Positions 52,648 through 64,000 of a stretch of DNA of 64,000 bases are shown piece after piece. The notes under the pieces were generated by a model. It was not told where the DNA came from, did no database searches, and was given only the letters and a program-made list of their open reading frames with translations. The DNA is from Macrostomum hystrix (lineage: Eukaryota > Animalia > Platyhelminthes): NCBI GenBank assembly GCA_950097015.1, contig CATNEN010000005.1:2914001-2978000 (forward strand), written 5' to 3'. A program made the translations under genes and the position numbers. How positions within the stretch are numbered: position 1 is the first letter of the stretch; each line of letters starts with the position of its first letter.

Positions 52648-54406
52648 CTAAGATGACACGTGCTGCGGCTGGTGAATTTTGCGCTCCACCTGGGCCAGGT
52701 ATTTCTCAGGAATACCTGCGGCGCGCAGTTCGGTCAGCTTCCGGTTCTTGGCCTCCTCAAGGCGCATCCGGCGCAGTCGCGCCTCCTCCTCGGTCTTCAC
52801 CGCCTCGTCGAAGAATGCGTTTCGCTCCTGGATCTTCTCGCGCTCCTTCTGCTGAATCTGGCGACGGATCTCGTCGTTGTACTTGCGCCGGCGGTGATCG
52901 TGCTCGGTCTCTTCGCGCTTGTCCTTCTCGATCAGCTCCTTCTGGGCCTTGAGGACGCGCTCGAACTCGGCTCGTTCCCTAGCGGCCTGTGCTGCCAGGA
53001 AATGCTGCTTCTGGGTCAGCTGGGCTGCTCTGGCGTCCTGAAGGGCAATGACGCGGGTTTATAAAAATGTTTAGCTTGAATAGAAGGATGATTGATTTCC
53101 AACTTAGGCCAGTCAGAATTCTCACCTGTAGGTCGGCCTCGACCTCCTTTCGCTTGATGGCCTCCTCGGCCTCCTTGCGACGCCATTCGCGCTCGGCCGC
53201 CTCGGCCGCCCGCTTGGCTCGCAGAGCGTCGCGCTCGGCCTGCTCGTCACGGGCTCGCTCCTGCATCGCCCGCAGCCTGGCCACCTCCTTCTCCTTCTCG
53301 GCCTTGATGCGCTCCTGCTCGGCCTCGTAGGCCGCCTCGCGCTCCGCCTTCTCGCGCTGGAACTGCAGCACCTTGGCCTCCAGGGCCTTCTCCTGAACCT
53401 TTACCACCTCGCGGCGCTGCATGATGTCCTCGTTGGCCTTGTTCAGCTCCTCCCTGAGTCGGTCCTGCTCCGCCCGCTTCCTCTCAAGCTTGATTTTCTC
53501 CTCCTCCATCAGGCGCTCGAGGTATTTGGCCATGGCCACATTTTCCTGGTCCTTGCGCTCCAGCTCGAGCAGTTTGTCCTGCTCGTTCTCGTGAATCTGT
53601 TCGACAATCTTCGAGGCGCCGATCATCTCGTTCTCGCGGCGCTTCTTCTCGATCTCCTCCTGGATGCGGATGGCGTTGCGCCGGTCGATCTCCATCATCT
53701 CGTCCAGTCGGACCTCCTCCTCACGCAGCTCTCTGGACATCTCTTCGCGCTCGAGAATCTGGGCGTCGCGAATGGCGTGGCACTTCGCGTTGAGGATCAG
53801 CTCATTGAGCCGCTTGATCTCGTCCTCTTGCTCCTGACGCTGAAGCATCGCCTTCTGCAACAGATGCTCGGCCTTCTCGCGGGCCTCCTCTTCAAGATCG
53901 GTGAGCTTCTCGCTCTTCTTTCGGCTGACGTCCAGCTGCTTGAAGCGGTTCTTGCGTTGCATCATGGCGTCCTGCTCCTGTTCCTCCCGCTGCTTGGTGG
54001 CCTGGTGCTGCGCCTCCTTCTCGTCGTCGGTGGCGAATCGGCTCTTGGCCTTGATGCGCAGGTATTCGGCGAATGGCAGTACCAGAGTGTTGCCGCTGGG
54101 ATCCTCGTGTGGCACAATGAGGTCCCGGATCAGGTCCTTTGTCACCACCTGAACCCGTTCGCGCGGCGGGCTGCCGCTCAGTCGCTGGCGTCGACGAGCC
54201 TGACGCTGCGCGGCCTCGCGCTCGATGTCGTCGTCTTCGCACGCCGCGGCCGCCTGCTGACGATCCCGACGTTGGGTGACGCGATTCGGCTCGCCGAAGA
54301 GGCTCTCGTCAACGTTGGAGGTCGGGCAGACGGTACGGTAGCGCTGCTGCTGCTGCTGCGCCCGTCGGCCACCGGAGGATTGCGACAGTGCGCTGCTCGA
54401 TGGCAT
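52648..54406 (-). CDS. CFAP45: Cilia- and flagella-associated protein 45 (CCDC19), exons 54406-53126 and 53037-52648
   Basis: RYRT...SNVDESLFG, LIRDLIVPHEDPSG, LNAKCHAIRDAQILE, EKEKEVARLRAMQE, DALRAKR...REWRRKE, ELRAAGIPEKY. The 88-bp phase-0 intron is CAG|GTGAGA...TTCAG|GAC. Confidence 0.95.
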
Positions 54407-54566
54407 CTTCGGCTGATGGATTTGACAATCAACAATTTCAATGGGCTAGCTGTGTCAATTCGAGTGGCTATTTAGCGTACTGATCAGGTCTGTTCTACTG
54501 CCAGTCTTGTCTTCAACACGCAAAACTCTGCAGCTGGGTTTAAAGAAAACCAGAAAAAAATTACCC

Positions 54567-54674
54567 GTTGCTAAGGTTGAACCGGAGTTGGGGTTGGTTG
54601 GCCCAGTCTGAGCGTTTAAACCACTGTACATGTTCCCCGCCTAGACGCTATGCTCTCTCCGCGGCCTTAGCAAC
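54567..54674. promoter_or_regulatory. Pair of inverted RFX half-site motifs GTTGCTAAGG (54567-54576) and CCTTAGCAAC (54665-54674) upstream of CFAP45
   Basis: Identical 10-mers in inverted orientation, 160-270 bp upstream of the ATG of a motile-cilia gene. GTTGCT resembles an X-box half-site. Confidence 0.45.
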
Positions 54675-55779
54675 AGCTCTCATTTCTCTCTCTCCCACCC
54701 GCTCTCTTTCTCTCTTATTTAACACCGGCCAGGTCTAAATGCATAGAATGCAATTTGGTTGGCAAGGTGTTGTGAGCCTCTTTTTCTATACCTCTCTCTC
54801 TCTCGACTGTACGCCCTTAACTGGGTCTCTCCTATTCTCGCCATTCCTCTCGTGCATATTATCAGACTGACTGAATAAACGCGCAATTGCTTTATAAAAT
54901 GTACGGATCAACATTTTTCCTAACACACTTTTACTCTATCTCTCTCTGTATTAGACTCCTAGTCAACTTGCGTTGGATACAGACTACAATTTACCTGTTA
55001 ATATTATGAAAACTACTTAAAGTAGACTATGTGAATTTTTGATTCAAAACTAAATTAAAAAATAAATTTAGTCAACAACTTCCGGATTCTTAATAGCTCT
55101 TCAAATGGGTAGAAAGAAAAAGAAGGGAAAAATAATCATTTCTAAGAAAATTTGACGGATATGACACTAGAACAAAAAAGAATACGATTTGTTTCCATCC
55201 AAGTGAATTTCCACCCGGGAATAATTCAAAGGAGATGCAAGAATCCTTTCGAGGATAAGGCCTATGGGATATTAGAAGGATTATTTTCCAGCGACAGGGA
55301 TAAGCTGCCCCCACGGAATATCATCAACTCGAAGAGTCTTCTGAGTCTTCTCGTTTTGAAGAAAATATTTGTCGCGCAATGAAAGAAATTATTATATAGA
55401 GATTCAGAAAAGTGAGAGAGAGAGAAGTAGAGAAGACAGGATTGTTGGTCATAAAACTGTGCAACGGAAGTGCAGGCGAGATTGTCCGAGCTTATGGCTT
55501 AGACCAGAAAATGTGGTAGGGGGAGCAGAAAGCGCGAGAGAGAAAATTGATGAGGTTGTGAAGCTGTGAACTGTTAGGAGTCAGTTCGAGTGGTATTGAG
55601 TATATGCGGACACAAACCTATATTGCCCTAACTCTAACTCTAGAGTAGACCCTAACTCAACAGAACTCAATTTTCTATGAAGAAAATATAGTAAAATTGA
55701 AAAAAAACTATGAGAAATATCTGACAAAATATATGATACGAGAATAGATTAAAAAGAGTGGAAAGAAAACTGAGAAGTC

Positions 55780-56600
55780 TAGAGAGAGGTGAGAAAGTCT
55801 AGAGAGATAAGAAAGTCTAGAAAGAGATAAGAAAGTCTAGAAAGAGATGAGAAAGTCTAGAAAGAGATGAGAAAGTCTAGAAAGCGATGAGAAAGTCTAG
55901 AGAGAGATGAGAAAGTCTAGAAAGAGATGAGAAAGTCTAGAAAGCGATGAGAAAGTCTAGAGAGAGATGAGAAAGTCTAGAGAGATGAGAAAGTCTAGAG
56001 AGATAAGAAAGTCTAGAAAGAGATAAGAAAGTCTAGAAAGAGATGAGAAAGTCTAGAAAGAGATGAGAAAGTCTAGAAAGAGATGAGAAAGTCTAGAAAG
56101 AGATGAGAAAGTCTAGTGAGAGATGAGAAAGTCTAGAAAGAGATGAGAAAGTCTAGAAAGAGATGAGAAAGTCTAGAAAGCGATGAGAAAGTCTAGAAAG
56201 AGATGAGAAATTCTAGAAAGAGATGAGAAAGTCTAGAAAGAGATGAGAAAGTCTAGAAAGAGATGAGAAAGTCTAGAAAGCGATGAGAAAGTCTAGAGAG
56301 AGATGAGAAAGTCTAGAGAGATGAGAAAGTCTAGAAAGAGATGAGAAAGTCTAGAAAGAGATGAGAAAGTCTAGAAAGAGATGAGAAAGTCTAGAAAGAG
56401 ATGAGAAAGTCTAGAAAGAGATGAGAAAGTCTAGTGAGAGATGAGAAAGTCTAGAAAGAGATGAGAAAGTCTAGTGAGAGATGAGAAAGTCTAGAGAGAG
56501 ACAAGAAAGTCTAGAAAGAGATGAGAAAGTCTAGAAAGAGATGAGAAAGTCTAGAGAGAGATGAGAAAGTCTAGAGAGAGATGAGAAAGTCTAGAAAGAT
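55780..56600. repeat. 20-bp minisatellite (GAGAAAGTCTAGAAAGAGAT)n, ~40 copies
   Basis: Direct reading. Confidence 0.93.
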
Positions 56601-56927
56601 AAGAAAGTCAAGAGAAAGATGAGAAATGATAGAGAGATCAGAAAAAGATTGGAGAGAGAGATAAAGCAGATAGTTAATTGGCAAATTTAGCACAACTTCT
56701 AAGAACCAATCATCTCTCTTTACTCCCAAGATCCTCATTGGCTAATACTTTGGCTTGTCCAATCCAAGCCAAAATGGAAGTACTTTTGCCCCCCTGCATG
56801 GTCACATTTCTAGTTTTGCATTAAAGAAACCTAGGAAGAAAAGACAAACGACTAACAAAATATTTTACCGCATAGCAATACTTTAGCAGACAAATTATAT
56901 CAAAAAACAACAAAGAACAACCTACTC

Positions 56928-59900
56928 ATGGGCAACCTACTACCAGGCAGACAGTTGGTGAATACAACAGGTCGCGAATGCTCCAATGGGGACTATTTAA
57001 ACGACTACTGCATGACCGATGCTGAGTACATCGCCGAAATTCAATACGAATTAAGGCCGACTATATTTGAGATGTGCATTCTATTTCTGTACTTCTTAGT
57101 GTTCGTGGTTGGGCTAGTTGGCAACGCTCTTGTTGTCGCAGCAGTACTGCGAACTCAGCAGATGCGCACGGCAACTAACCTGTTCCTGTTAAATTTGGCC
57201 CTGGCTGACTTCTTTGTCATCCTGTTCTGCCTAGTGCCGACTGTGATCGAGGACATCATGGAGACCTGGGTGTTCGGTGATGTCGCATGCCGCGTTCTCA
57301 AGTACCTGCAGGTGAGCTTGTTTAGTGAGCGTTTAGTAAACTCAATGCGCTATTCGTATGACTTTGTAAGTTTCTAGTAAGCTCTTTTAACTTCATGTAA
57401 GCTTCAGATCTTATAGTGTACGTATCTAGAGAGCTCTGTGCGTATCTGGAGAGCTCTGTGCGTATCTAGAGAGCTCTGTGCGTATCTAGAGAGTTCTGTG
57501 CGTATCTAGAGAGCTCTGTGCATATCTAGAGAGCTCTGTGCGTATCTAGAGAGCTCTGAACGTTTCGAGAGAGATCCAAAGGTATCTAAAGAGCTCTGAA
57601 CGTTTCCATAGAGCTCTATAAATTTCTGGAGATCTAAAGAGCCGTGTACCCTTCTAGATAGCTCTGAATGTATCCATTAGAGGTCTGTTCGTATCTACAG
57701 AGCTCTGTGCGTATCTAGAGAGCTCTGTGCGTATCTGGAGAGCTCTGTGCGTATCTAGATAGCTCTGTGCGTATCTAGAGAGCTCTGTGCGTATCTGGAG
57801 AGCTCTGTGCGTATCTAGAGAGCTCTGTGCGTATCTAGAGAGCTCCGAATGTATCTAGAGAGCTCTGTGCGTATCTAGAGAGCTCCGAATGTATCTAGAG
57901 AGCTCCGAATGTATCTAGAGAGCTCTGTGGGCATCTAGAGAGTTCTGAATGTGTCTAGAGAGCTCCGAATGTATCTAGAGAGCTCTGTGCGTATCTAGAG
58001 AGCTCTGTGGGTATCTAGAGAGCTCTGTGCGTATCTAGAGAGCTCTGTGGGCATCTAGAGAGCTCTGTGGGCATCTAGAGAGTTCTGAATGTGTCTAGAG
58101 CTTTTTGTTTACTTATTCGATTTGACTAAGGTTTAAACTTACCGAGTTAGTGAACAACAAAATTGTTAAGCTATGTCATACAAGCAATGTGACACATTTG
58201 AGCCGTGAATACATGGTATTTAAATTTAAAATGTACCTGAAAATCTCTCTCATCTTAACCTATGAAACGGTTTGATTTCGATGCTTCGATGAAATTTGAG
58301 TAAATAAGCATCATCAGCAACAGCAGCAGCAGCAGCACCAAATCTGGTGCAACATTGGATTAATCTGTCAGATGATAATTAATCTTCCTTCAGTGATTAT
58401 TAAGTGGATATTGTCTTAATGGGAAGCCATTTTAGGTTTGATCGCAAAATCTGCTTTAGAAGAAAACCCGAGGATCTAGATGCTAATCGAGATTCCCGAA
58501 GCTTGCTTTGCACACCGAGAGGGGGGATATACTAGCAAAGGCCTACAACTGATAGACTTCAATTAAGTGGTTGTCAGATTAAAAGAACTTGAATTTTTTA
58601 AAAGGATTTTATTGATGACACGGAATGCTCTTTAAAGCAAAACCTTCATGAACGAGAAATCCTAGGTCAAGGACTTTTCGCTGAATCAAATTAAATCATT
58701 TAAAACCTAAAACTTTCAGAAAAGAATCTAAACCATTCTCAGGAGCTTGTAAAAAAGACTTTTACATTTAATTAATTAGAAAATTAATTTTCGTTTCTTA
58801 TAAAATCCTCTTTTAAACAGTGTTATTTGCAAAGTAAATTATGCTCGTAGCTTTCTTAGAAACCGACATATCCAAAAAGCCTTGCATTTCTAAGAAACAG
58901 GAATTTGTCATTGTTTAAAGCTATTATGCTCTATGAACTTAACATTTTAATTGGCTCTTTAAAAAGTGTTGAAATATTTCAGGAAATTAACACATTCTTA
59001 GAAATTCAAATTTGCCGATGCCGGGAAATCAAAATTCAAGATTAGGGAAATCTCTAGAAAATAAAATATCCTCCGGATAAAATTCTTCCCAAATTACCGG
59101 CCTCGAACATAATAAAAGCCTGACGCATTCCCATCTCCTATTCTCGCAGCCAGTGTCCGTGGCCGTGTCGGTCCTGACCTTGACTTTCAACTCCGTAGAA
59201 CGCCTTCTAGCGATCTGCTTCCCAATGTGGGTGAAGGCCACCAAGAAGCGAATCGTGAGCCTCATCCTGCTAATCTGGACCATCGCCATGGTGTCCAAGC
59301 TGCACTATCCGTTGAAGATGAAGACTGAGCACTACGCAGGTCTGCCAGCCGATCAGATCCTCCTCACCCAGTGCAAGTCCAGCTGGGAGGTCAACATGAC
59401 CGCCATTATCATCACCGCCAGAATGGAAAACGACACCGCCTCACTGCTTGACACCAACAACCTGACCTTCGACATGATCAGCAACATTGTCGACTCCGTG
59501 GCATTCTTCATCCTGCCATTCTCCTGGATGCTCATCGCCTACGCTGTCATCTGCCGACGTCTATGGTACGCGGCTGTGCCGGGCGAGTCGATGCGAAGGT
59601 CGTTCAGCGGCAGCCGATCGCACAGTAACTCCGTGGCTGGAGGCGAAGGCGTCGGCGGAGGACGACGCAAGTTGGACGCCACGCTGAAGCAGCGCCGAAG
59701 AACGGCCTTGATGCTCATTGCCATTGTTGTGATCTTCTTTGTCTGCTTTCTGCCGGTTCACGTGCTAAACGCCATGTGAGCAGTTGGTTTTTCTTTGGAG
59801 AAAGTTATCTATTGGAGGCGCCAGCTCATATATAGGACTATAACGGCTTCATAAAATAAGAGTATTCGCAGTATGAGCCTGTCTTTACGGCAATCAACGG

Positions 59901-60542
59901 ATCGAAAAGTGGCTAGCGGAAGCCCTTTAGGCAGATAATCTAATATATTAACTAAGAGATAAGGACGGGCCAGAGGGTGAGGAAAGAGAAATAAGCAGCT
60001 AGCCAATCAGAGACGAGCTAGAGGAAAGAGAAGTGAAGTTTAGTTAAGAAGTTGAATAGATAGAGGGAGAGAGGAGAAAGTACCATACGAGAGCGTAAAT
60101 AAACACAGAGAGAAGGGAGAAGTATCAACAATTGCGAAGTGCGTCAGAAAAATAATACTCTCTTTTCGATGAAATTTCCCTAATCAGGTAAACAAACGGT
60201 ATTACTTTATTAGTCGAAATCAACGTGATTTCCCTAATTAGTTAAACGAAAGTAAATTCCCTAAATTTTTACATATAAGGGATTTCCCTAATAGTGTGAA
60301 TTGAAAGGACTTCCCAAAAATGTTTTAAAATTGCTAGGTAAAGTAGACGGGATTTCACAAATCGGTAAGCGGCTAAGCCTAACTTCGTCAAACCATTTCC
60401 AGACAATTCTACATCGCCCGGCATAACTTTTTTCGGCACAATATTCCGCTAAAGCGCATTGTACAGAACATTGCCGCCTTTAGCCACTGGCTGTGCTACT
60501 TCAATTCGGCCATCAATCCGATTATCTACAGCTTCATGAGCA
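56928..60542 (+). CDS. Class A neuropeptide GPCR, orexin/allatotropin-receptor-like: exons 56928-57311, 59150-59775, 60403-60542; last exon not located
   Basis: TM1 GLVGNALV, TM2 MRTATNLFLLNLALADFFVILFCLVPT, ETWVFG..ACRVLKYLQ/PVSVAVSVLTL, TM6 CFLPVH, and TM7 FSHWLCYFNSAINPIIYSFMS. Splice phases are 0, 2 and 1. Confidence 0.85.
57420..58100. repeat. 20-bp minisatellite (GTATCTAGAGAGCTCTGTGC)n in GPCR intron 1
   Basis: Direct reading, ~33 units with a degenerate middle. Confidence 0.9.
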
Positions 60543-60584
60543 GTGAGTCTGAATTTGATTCTTGAGAACCATGGTTTCTCAAGG

Positions 60585-61145
60585 GAATTGAGGGATTTCC
60601 CTGTTTGCTTATATGGGATCTTGGATTCGCATGTTTGCCTTAATTTTCTGGGATTTCCCTGTATGCTAAAAATTTCAGGGATTTCCCTGTTTGCTTATAT
60701 GGGATCTTGGATTCGCATGTTTGCCTTAATTTTCTGGGATTTCCCTGTATGCTAAAAATTTCAGGGATTTCCCCTGTTTGCTTAAAATATCTGAGATTTC
60801 CCCCGTTTGCTTAAAATATTTAGGATTTCCCTGTATGCTTAAAATTTCAGGGATTTCCCCCTGTTTGCTTAAAATATCTCGAAATGCCCTGTTTGCTTAG
60901 AATATTAGGGATTTCCCCTGTTTGCTTTAAAATATCTGGGATTTCTCTGTTTGCTTAAAATATCAGGGATTTCCATGTATGCTTAAAACTTCAGGGATTC
61001 CCCCTGTTTGCTTACAATATCAGGGATTTACTCTGTCTGCTTAAAATACCTTGGATTTCCCTGTATTCTTAAAATTTCAGGATTTCCCCTGTTTGCATAA
61101 AATATCTGGGATTTCCCTGTATGCTTAAAATATCTGGGATTTCCC
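60585..61145. repeat. Degenerate ~30-bp repeat (GGGATTTCCCTGTTTGCTTAAAATATCT)
   Basis: Direct reading. A 65-bp duplication is visible at its start. Confidence 0.8.
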
Positions 61146-61744
61146 CTCTGGATTTTTATTTTTCCGATTGCATCGAGACATCCAATCCGAAAATTGACAC
61201 ATTTTTGGCTTTCGTTGCTTTCGTTGGGAATAAAAATTCGATTGAAATGCTAGAGACCAGAGTGAGATAGTCATCATTAGCGGAGACAGTAAAAGACAGT
61301 AAATCTTTCGTTTGACAATGAAAGAAGGTTCATCCCAATTTTAGGAAACTAAGAGCTTTTAACATCCCTGTAGTCTGATAGGGCTTGGAATAATTTATAG
61401 TCTAAAAAAGCTGGAAAAAAATTCATCCAATAGGGAAAATTAATGAGCCCGGCTATTTGGCTGTTTTGCTACATTTCCTGTTGTTTGGACATTCATTTCA
61501 GGTCAAAAAGTGGCAGTGGAGAAATTTATGGTTCTAAAGTATGGGATGTTTTAATTGACACAAAAATGTGAAACAATATAACAAAACTGCTGCAAGATGA
61601 AAATGAAAAATTGGCGACATGCCACAACACAACAGCAAACTATTGCCGATTTTTTTAATATTTAGACATCACACTGGCAAAGCTTACCAGTTACGAAACT
61701 TGGTAAGGACAGAAAATTACAGGTGAGAATAAATAAGGACAAGT

Positions 61745-62095
61745 GGGAATAGATAAGGACAGGTAGGAATAGATAAGGACAGGTAGGAATAGATAAGGAC
61801 AGGTAGGAATAGATAAGGACAGGTAGGAATAGATAAGGACAGGTAGGAATAGATAAGGACAGGTAGGGATAGATATGGACAGGTAGAGAGAGATAAGGAC
61901 AGGTAGGAATAGATAAGGACAGGTAGGGATAGATAAGGACAGTTAGAGAGAGATAAGGACAGGTAGGAATAGATAAGGACAGGTAGGGATAGATATGGAC
62001 AGGTAGAGAGAGATAAGGACAGGTAGGAATAGATAAGGACAGGTAGGGATAGATAAGGACAGGTAGGAATAGATAAGGACAGGTAGGGATAGATA
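61745..62095. repeat. 20-bp minisatellite (AGATAAGGACAGGTAGGAAT)n
   Basis: Direct reading, ~17 units. Confidence 0.92.
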
Positions 62096-62644
62096 AAGAA
62101 CAGTTCAGGAAGGATAGCAGTTACAGAATCAGCTTCTCATCGAAAAGTCTTGCCGTAGTTTTCAGTATTTAAAATAATATTTTAAGGCTGGCGGTACATT
62201 TAAATCGCATTAATCATCCGTCTGTTTTCTGACATATCAAAAAATGAAATAATTTTCCGAGAGACCGATATCCATAATTTTTAATGCATTCCTATGTCAG
62301 TACGTTTTTTGGCAACAGGAAATTTATGTGCGAAAAAGAAATAATGATCAAGCGACACGGTCGACAAAAAGAAACGACCAAATTAAAGTATGATCCCAAA
62401 AGCTCTGTCGTGATGACAGATGACACCAGTGCAATTCAATTATGTGGGTCTGGGCAGTGAATTATGACAAATTGGCACGGTAGAGAAATTCAATGCCGCG
62501 ATGCGCTTCCGGGACAGCGGCCAAAATTGTGTAGTTTTTTGTCAGAAAAATTGTGTCTTCTATCAGCAGCAGCAGATATATTTCTAGTTTGCATCAGTCT
62601 ATAAGCAATGTCCCTATATGCCTGCCATTCTACCTTCCACTCCG

Positions 62645-63060
62645 CTCTTCCCCTCTCCTTTCTCTCCTCTCTCCCTCCTCTCCTCTCTCCCTCCTCTCCT
62701 CTCTCCCTCCTCTCCTCTCTCCCTCCTCTCCTCTCTCCCTCCTCTCCTCTCTCCCTCCTCTCCTCTCTCCCTCCTCTCCTCTCTCCCTCCTCTCCTCTCT
62801 CCCTCCTCTCCTCTCTCCCTCCTCTCCTCTCTCCCTCCTCTCCTCTCTCCCTCCTCTCCTCTCTCCCTCCCCTCTCCCTCCTCTCCTCTCTCCCTCCTCT
62901 CCTCTCTCCCTCCCCTCTCCCTCCTCCCCTCTCTCCCTCCTCTCCTCTCTCCCTCCCCTCTCCCTCCTCTCCTCTCTCCCTCCTCTCCTCTCTCCCTCCC
63001 CTCTCCCTCCTCTCCTCTCTCCCTCCTCTCCTCTCTCCCTCCCCTCTTCCTCCTCTCCTC
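62645..63060. repeat. Polypyrimidine low-complexity tract (CTCCTCTCCTCTCTCC)n
   Basis: Contains only C and T over ~400 bp. Confidence 0.95.
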
Positions 63061-63619
63061 TCTTTCTCTTTTCGTCTCTTCCTCCCTCAGTAGTGTAAGT
63101 AAAGTGTAAATATCTATTTTAATTTAGTCAATTTCATCAATACAAGAATCGAACATTAGACTGATTTTGAAATCTCTCTGTATCTTTACCTCGGCGGGAG
63201 CCAAGTAAGAGTCTTCAGTTAATTAACTTGAGTACTTTCTTCTAGTCTCCTAGGAGTTAGTTTTTGCCTTTGCTGACAATAAACAGCTGGTGCTGATGGC
63301 CAGAAATTCTCACAGAACTCTGACAAACTTCTGGTACTGGCTAGCTCTCATGATTAGCTTTCACTCGGGTTAAAAGTTCGCTGCACATTCGCCTAACCTG
63401 TTCGCTTTTCTCCCAAAAAAGGGATTTCTTTGAGAAGTCAAGCATTTGAAAGTTTGAAAGTTATAAAACCGAGACTTTGGAAAGAAAGAATTACTAACAG
63501 TGAGATATTTCGGGTGGGATGTTTTAATGGGAGACTTTAATCGTGAGATTTTAGGTTGATAGTATTTTTAGGACGGTGAGTTTTAAAATGGTGACATTGG
63601 TGAGATCTGAGATTTGAGA

Positions 63620-64000
63620 TTCGGGATGGTAAGATTTAGGATGGTGAGATTACGGATGGTGAGATTACGGATGGTGAGATTTGGGAAGATGAGATTTGGG
63701 AAGATGAGATTTGGGATGGTGAGATTTGGGATGGTGAGATTTGGGATGGTGAGATTTGGGATGGTCAGATTTGGGATGGTGAGATTTGGGAAGATGAGAT
63801 TTGGGAAGATGAGATTTGGGAAGATGAGATTTGGGAAGATGAGATTTGGGATGGTGAGATTTGGGATGGTGAGATTTGGGATGTTCAGATTTGGGATGGT
63901 GAGATTTGGGAAGATGAGATTTGGGAAGATGAGATTTGGGAAGATGAGATTTGGGAAGATGAGATTTGGGATGGTGAGATTTGGGATGGTCAGATTTGGG
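63620..64000. repeat. 15-bp minisatellite (GAGATTTGGGATGGT / GAGATTTGGGAAGAT)n, running off the window end
   Basis: Direct reading. Confidence 0.93.

Noticed and set aside
52464-54475. Plus-strand ORFs opposite CFAP45
   Set aside because: Antisense shadows of a GC-rich coiled-coil coding sequence.
61500-63370. Candidate final GPCR exons (acceptors near 61501, 62545, 63285)
   Set aside because: None yields the expected helix-8 K/R-F-R-like sequence. The true exon may lie beyond the window.
63620-64000. Telomeric repeat
   Set aside because: The unit is 15 bp (GAGATTTGGGATGGT), not TTAGGG-like.

Overview
Eukaryotic (invertebrate animal) genomic DNA with AT-rich introns and intergenic regions, GC-richer exons and many minisatellites. 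The overall style suggests a free-living flatworm such as Macrostomum, but this is an unverified impression. Seven spliced protein-coding genes were reconstructed by hand from GT-AG sites and reading-frame continuity: Rab14 (-), an orphan 4-exon gene with three AKAP-like amphipathic helices (+), EFCAB7 (-), a RILP-like gene with two candidate last exons (+), mitochondrial RBFA lacking an evident start codon (+), CFAP45 (-) and an orexin/allatotropin-type GPCR (+, last exon not found). Mobile DNA comprises a very young Ty3/Gypsy element (identical 223-bp LTRs, CATG TSD, iMet PBS, -1 frameshift signal, in-frame RT deletion), a decayed Helitron, a decayed non-LTR RT, a Merlin/ISXO2 derivative, a Crypton-like remnant, MITEs and tRNA-derived SINEs. 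About 20 tandem arrays account for most of the long spurious ORFs in the track. No prokaryotic system or CRISPR array is present. The best leads are a possible spliced-leader-supplied AUG for RBFA, the orphan AKAP-like gene with an RFX X-box, and the Gypsy frameshift and RT-deletion features.
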